From Methanobacteriaceae archaeon UBA587 (GTDB lineage: Archaea; Methanobacteriota; Methanobacteria; Methanobacteriales; Methanobacteriaceae), in the NCBI GenBank assembly GCA_002504725.1, contig DATN01000008.1, positions 62,851-94,850 of the forward strand: a stretch of 32,000 bases of DNA. Reading direction: 5' to 3'. The notes below the pieces were generated by a model, which was given only the letters and a program-made list of their open reading frames with translations, did not search any database and was not told where the DNA came from. Position 1 is the first letter of the stretch. Every line of letters starts with the position of its first letter. A program made the translations under genes and the position numbers. Positions 28,016 to 32,000 of the stretch are shown one piece after another.

Positions 28016-29578
28016 TTAGGCCGGTGTGTACTTATCAATAACCTTTATAATTCTTTCGCAGGGTCCTGATAAAGGCCCTAACCTGCCTGTGATACGGCGC
28101 ATCATGCGGATGTCTCTTTTTTCAAATCCTTTAAGTAAAGTAAATGCCGTTACGAATATCAGAGGAGATACTATAATGGCTAAAATTAATCCTAATATTG
28201 TCTGAGGAATAAAGAAAATTCCCAGGCCCATAACTATTGAAGCAAGAGCTATCTTAAGGAAAGCCAAATAGGGTGGTTTAATTTGGGTAATTTGAAATGT
28301 TTTCCACATTACTACTACCATTATAATGAATGTGGAGATGGTTGTAGCTCCAGCTGCACCTTCTATACCAAAAATTGGCACCATAATTAAATTCAGGACT
28401 ATATTGATTGCAGTACCTCCTAAAAGAACGTACATGGGCATTCTAGGATTTCCTATCCCTTGGGCAATACTGGAAGAAGTCATAAATAAACTATAAAATG
28501 CCATTCCCATAACCAGTATAGTTAAGGCCCCGGCACCAAAAACGTACTGACTACCAAATAACAAATCTAAGATAGGATATGAAAATAGGGCAATTCCCAC
28601 ACATATAGGGAACACTGTTAAAATTACAATACGGTAAGATTGGACAACATAAGTCTCTAAAAGAGCCTTATCCTTTAAACTAAATGCTTCTGATGCTGCA
28701 GGAAGTACAGCTGTTGCCACAGAAAGCGAAATTACCAGAGGCAGTCTTGCTATGGGATCCGCGGTGGTATAGTAACTGGCAAATTTGGTTACTAAGAAGA
28801 TACCTATTACAAAAACGCCCACGTCATATATGGCCATTTCTGAAAGTGCGGTTATAATAACTGGGATAGAGAATTTCAAAAGATTGGCCATTAATCCTAA
28901 TTCCTGGCGGAAATTGAATTGATCTTCGGGGTCTGGTTTGGGAAGATATTTGTATAAATATTTTTTGAATATAAGCACGGCAGATATAGCGGAGGCCATA
29001 AAACCGAGTCCAGTACCAATAACCGCTCCTGCGGCATAGAAACCTGCTGAAACCAGAACTACTGCAAAAACAATCATGAAAATTTGTTCAACAGCACGAG
29101 TAGCCACAATATATTCCATTTTATAAAGTCCCTGAAAAGCGCCCCGGAAGGCCCCTACAATTACACTGAAGGGGGTGATTAATGCGACTGCTTGCAAGGG
29201 ATAAGCTAAAAGAGGTTTATGAAAGACTTCATTGGCTATGAATGGACCCGCAAAGAACATAAATAATGAGAATATTATTCCCAGAAACATCATAAGTTTA
29301 AGAGAAGTGAAAACTACTTGGCGGGCCATCTGGTCTTCACCAAGGGCTTTATGCTGGGATACATATTTAGCAATTGCAGGGGGCAGCCCTCCAGCTGAAA
29401 GTATCTGAAAAATGCCTTGGAAAGGTAAAGTTAGACCTACTAATCCATATTGTTCAGGACCTAGCATTCTGGCCATTAGAACCCGGTATACATAACCCCC
29501 AACTCTAAAAATGAGGTTACTAATCATTATAATGGTGCTGCCGCGTAGTAATTTTGCTGTGCCCTTACTTGTATTCAT
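28016..29578 (-). CDS. MATE/PST-like polysaccharide flippase (MVF superfamily)
   Basis: 520 aa, about 12-14 TM; GSTIIMISNLIFRVGGYVYRVLMARMLGPEQYGLVGLTLPFQGIFQILSAGGLPPAIAKYVS. Confidence 0.85.
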   Translation of the reverse strand: MNTSKGTAKLLRGSTIIMISNLIFRVGGYVYRVLMARMLGPEQYGLVGLTLPFQGIFQILSAGGLPPAIAKYVSQHKALGEDQMARQVVFTSLKLMMFLGIIFSLFMFFAGPFIANEVFHKPLLAYPLQAVALITPFSVIVGAFRGAFQGLYKMEYIVATRAVEQIFMIVFAVVLVSAGFYAAGAVIGTGLGFMASAISAVLIFKKYLYKYLPKPDPEDQFNFRQELGLMANLLKFSIPVIITALSEMAIYDVGVFVIGIFLVTKFASYYTTADPIARLPLVISLSVATAVLPAASEAFSLKDKALLETYVVQSYRIVILTVFPICVGIALFSYPILDLLFGSQYVFGAGALTILVMGMAFYSLFMTSSSIAQGIGNPRMPMYVLLGGTAINIVLNLIMVPIFGIEGAAGATTISTFIIMVVVMWKTFQITQIKPPYLAFLKIALASIVMGLGIFFIPQTILGLILAIIVSPLIFVTAFTLLKGFEKRDIRMMRRITGRLGPLSGPCERIIKVIDKYTPA

Positions 29579-29735
29579 TGAATCACCAATAAGTCTTGAA
29601 AAATTTAAAAATAGGGTTTGAAATAGATATTATTTAGAGTATTAGTTAATATACTTGATTGAAAATTTAATTTATTATTTTAAAAAATATTTCATTCATT
29701 TACATAATCCAAAATTAGAATTAAAAATGAAATTC

Positions 29736-30344
29736 TTAAGGTTCATGCCTAACTGGATTATATCTTTCCAAATAACGCGCAAACATATCAACTGTCTTTT
29801 TAAGTCCCCTAAATCCTTCCTTATCTTCCTGAACACCTTTTAAGGTATCCTGAGACCAGAAACAGGCACCCAGGTTGGCTCCAAATGATCCTCCGCTCAC
29901 AGGAATTATGCCATTAAGGATGTAATAAGTGTGGATCTGTTGCAGGGCCAGTTCCTGACCACCAGCACGGTCTCCTCCCACGGAAATACCCATACCAATT
30001 TTGCCCCGTAAAAAATCATAATCAGCAGCCCCCAATGCCCGACAACGATCCATTATGGCCTTTGTCTGGGCACTTATGCCTCCGTTGTACATGGGGGAGG
30101 CAATGATAATCCCCTGGGCCTTTCCCAGCAATTCGTATAATTTGTACATGTCGTCTTTCAGGAAACATTCCTTTTTCCGCAGGCAGTAGTCACAGTGACG
30201 ACAGGCCCCAATTTCTTTGCCCCTGACCCCGAAAAATTCGGTTTCGTATCCTTTTTCTTCCATTTGGTCCAGAGCTTCTTTTAAAACGTAATCCGTGGCC
30301 TGTTTTCTGGGACTACCACATATTCCAAGAATCAACTTTTTCAT
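29736..30344 (-). CDS. NADPH-dependent FMN reductase / iron-sulfur flavoprotein
   Basis: LILGICGSPRKQATDYVLKEAL; cysteine cluster CRHCDYCLRKKEC; GIIIASPMYNGGISAQTKAIMDRC. Confidence 0.88.
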   Translation of the reverse strand: MKKLILGICGSPRKQATDYVLKEALDQMEEKGYETEFFGVRGKEIGACRHCDYCLRKKECFLKDDMYKLYELLGKAQGIIIASPMYNGGISAQTKAIMDRCRALGAADYDFLRGKIGMGISVGGDRAGGQELALQQIHTYYILNGIIPVSGGSFGANLGACFWSQDTLKGVQEDKEGFRGLKKTVDMFARYLERYNPVRHEP

Positions 30345-30420
30345 CTAATTCCCCACATTAATAGTAAATAATAATTAAATCTTAAATTTTCGCATAATTC
30401 CTAAGTTGCCTAGCATGGAT

Positions 30421-30897
30421 TTATTTTATTTGAATGCTGTTGATTATGGTATCATAATGTGCTTGGTATTTGGTGAACACACTATCCTTGAACAATCGAG
30501 ATGTATTTGAGCCATAAACTATTATTTCATAACTTTTGTTATTTTTAGAGAAAGTGTACATTCTAAAAGTGCTATTATCACTTGATTCCAGGGTATCCCT
30601 GCCGTCTATTTTAAGAGAACTGGGGGATCCGCTATTAGCCTGGAAAGCAGGTTCCACCTCAGATATTACCACACTGGCTATTTTCTCTTTGGGATTTTCG
30701 ATTCTAATCATCCATTCTGTGGTAGGATAATCTGATAGGTCTTCTATCACAGTAACCGTCCAGTTATCAGGGTAATCAAAAGAAACATGCTCGTTTTCAA
30801 AATGCTTAACACTGAAATTATCTGTATTTGAAGTACAACCCATAACAGCTGCAACACATAAAATAAGCCCTAAAATTAGGTAAACTTCTAATTTCAT
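30421..30897 (-). CDS. Exported lipoprotein-like, PsbP-related domain
   Basis: Lipobox-like VAAVMGC at the end of the signal peptide; HVSFDYPDNWTV... typical of the PsbP/DUF1795-like fold. Confidence 0.6.
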   Translation of the reverse strand: MKLEVYLILGLILCVAAVMGCTSNTDNFSVKHFENEHVSFDYPDNWTVTVIEDLSDYPTTEWMIRIENPKEKIASVVISEVEPAFQANSGSPSSLKIDGRDTLESSDNSTFRMYTFSKNNKSYEIIVYGSNTSRLFKDSVFTKYQAHYDTIINSIQIK

Positions 30898-31048
30898 ATA
30901 ATAAATTATGTTTTAGCTTAAGATTTATATTTTATTATATGAATTTTTAGACTATAGAAAATATCAAGAAATAATTATTTTTATTCAGATAAACTAATTT
31001 TAAAAAATTTTTAAAAAAAGAGAAAAGAGAGTTAAATTTAAATTTTAT

Positions 31049-32000
31049 TTAAATAGACTCGTCTTCGTCCAGAGCCAGTCTCATGGTGTCTGGGTCTTGT
31101 GGCATGTGGTCTAAGAAGTCGTCAGCTGCTCTTCGCACATCTCTGGAACCGATAATGTATCGTCCCACCACGATGATGTCGGCTTTGCTGTCTAATGCTT
31201 CGTCCACTTTAGCAGGGGTTATTCCACCGGCTACTGCTACTAAACCATTCTTACCAATGAGTTCCTTGATTTGACTAATGTTACCCCACTCAGTCATTTC
31301 ACTCACATCTTCACCCCTTTCGGCTTTTAGGGTTTCTAAGTCCACGTTTCGGTGGAGTAAAACGATATCTGGTTTGTAGTTAATGGTCTGGAGTTTTTCC
31401 ACGAAGTTGTCCACATTCATCATGTCTAGGATGGAGTAGATTCCCTGTTTCTGGGCCTCGTGTATGGCCTTATCAATGGATTCCACGGTACCTAATCCTG
31501 AGATGGCTACGGCGTCTGCAGTTTCATCAGCGGCCATTTTAACTTCAATTCGACCTACATCCAGAGTTTTAAGATCAGCTATGATGAATGCATCTTTTCT
31601 CAGTTCCCGGATTTTGCTAACGATTCCCACACCGAACTTTTTAACCAGTGGAGTGCCTGCTTCTAAGAGAATTCTTTCCCGGTCAGGTAAGCTGTTGATG
31701 ATACGTTCCATTTCATCCATGTTGTCCAGATCCAGAGCAACCTGTAAGTATGGTGGGTTCCATAATCTCACAGCACGGAATCCCATAATTGGGTGACTTC
31801 CACGGTCTTTTTCGCCTAAAACTTTGTCTATGGTTGGATAATCTTCTAAAGCTCTTCTTAGTGCCAATTTAGTGGCCCCATAATTGTACTGGTAAATTTT
31901 ACGGTAGTCTTCTGCTTCGGGGTGTATAAATACACTGGCCATGATAACCAGGTCTTCCACCTGGTCTTTAGGGATGATTCCCTCTTCCACTGCATCAGCC
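31049..32000 (-). CDS. Bifunctional formaldehyde-activating enzyme / 3-hexulose-6-phosphate synthase, C-terminal part (gene continues past the window edge)
   Basis: Frame stays open to 32000 (…[47 protein letters not shown] = end of Fae), then [39 protein letters not shown] = HPS. The GTG at 31990 in the ORF track is internal. Confidence 0.9.
   Translation of the reverse strand, partial: ADAVEEGIIPKDQVEDLVIMASVFIHPEAEDYRKIYQYNYGATKLALRRALEDYPTIDKVLGEKDRGSHPIMGFRAVRLWNPPYLQVALDLDNMDEMERIINSLPDRERILLEAGTPLVKKFGVGIVSKIRELRKDAFIIADLKTLDVGRIEVKMAADETADAVAISGLGTVESIDKAIHEAQKQGIYSILDMMNVDNFVEKLQTINYKPDIVLLHRNVDLETLKAERGEDVSEMTEWGNISQIKELIGKNGLVAVAGGITPAKVDEALDSKADIIVVGRYIIGSRDVRRAADDFLDHMPQDPDTMRLALDEDESI

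Noticed and set aside
1-32000. tRNA/rRNA genes, integrases or transposases, and restriction or defence operons
   Set aside because: None could be supported by reading the sequence and ORF translations. A tRNAscan/Infernal run would be needed to exclude RNA genes formally.

Overview
The window is chromosomal sequence from a methanogenic archaeon of the Methanobacteriales (Methanobacterium-like). This rests on F420-dependent methylene-H4MPT dehydrogenase (mtd), Fae-Hps, CfbB, FmdE-domain surface proteins and AT-rich spacers with GGTGA/GGAGG ribosome-binding sites. Most of it is housekeeping: argS, signal peptidase, ilvD, thrS, cfbB, mtd, hisB, ferredoxin, a ModE-like regulator, a flippase, an Fe-S flavoprotein and fae-hps. 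Two regions deserve attention. (1) A ParA/ParB-like (SegAB-type) partition operon at 10876-12158. Its second protein carries a bacterial-ParB-like N-terminal GLGLGLDALI peptide but no recognisable ParB CTPase domain. The operon is bracketed by copies of an 18-mer, AAGTTATAACTTATAACT. Identical copies lie at 10805-10822 and 12277-12294, an inverted 16/18 copy at 12249-12266, and a further identical copy 15 kb away on the minus strand at 27220-27237. These are candidate archaeal centromere/parS sites. (2) A four-gene secreted/membrane cassette at about 21173-25941: a double-FmdE surface protein with an apparent frameshift, a Ser/Asp-rich membrane-anchored protein, an orphan CbiM/NikM-like ECF S-component and a small exported protein. 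Predicted signal cleavage leaves His at the mature N-terminus of both small proteins. The cassette is flanked by a 40-bp direct repeat (35/40 identical) and appears to use non-ATG (ATT/ATA) start codons. All calls come from reading the sequence; no database search was run.
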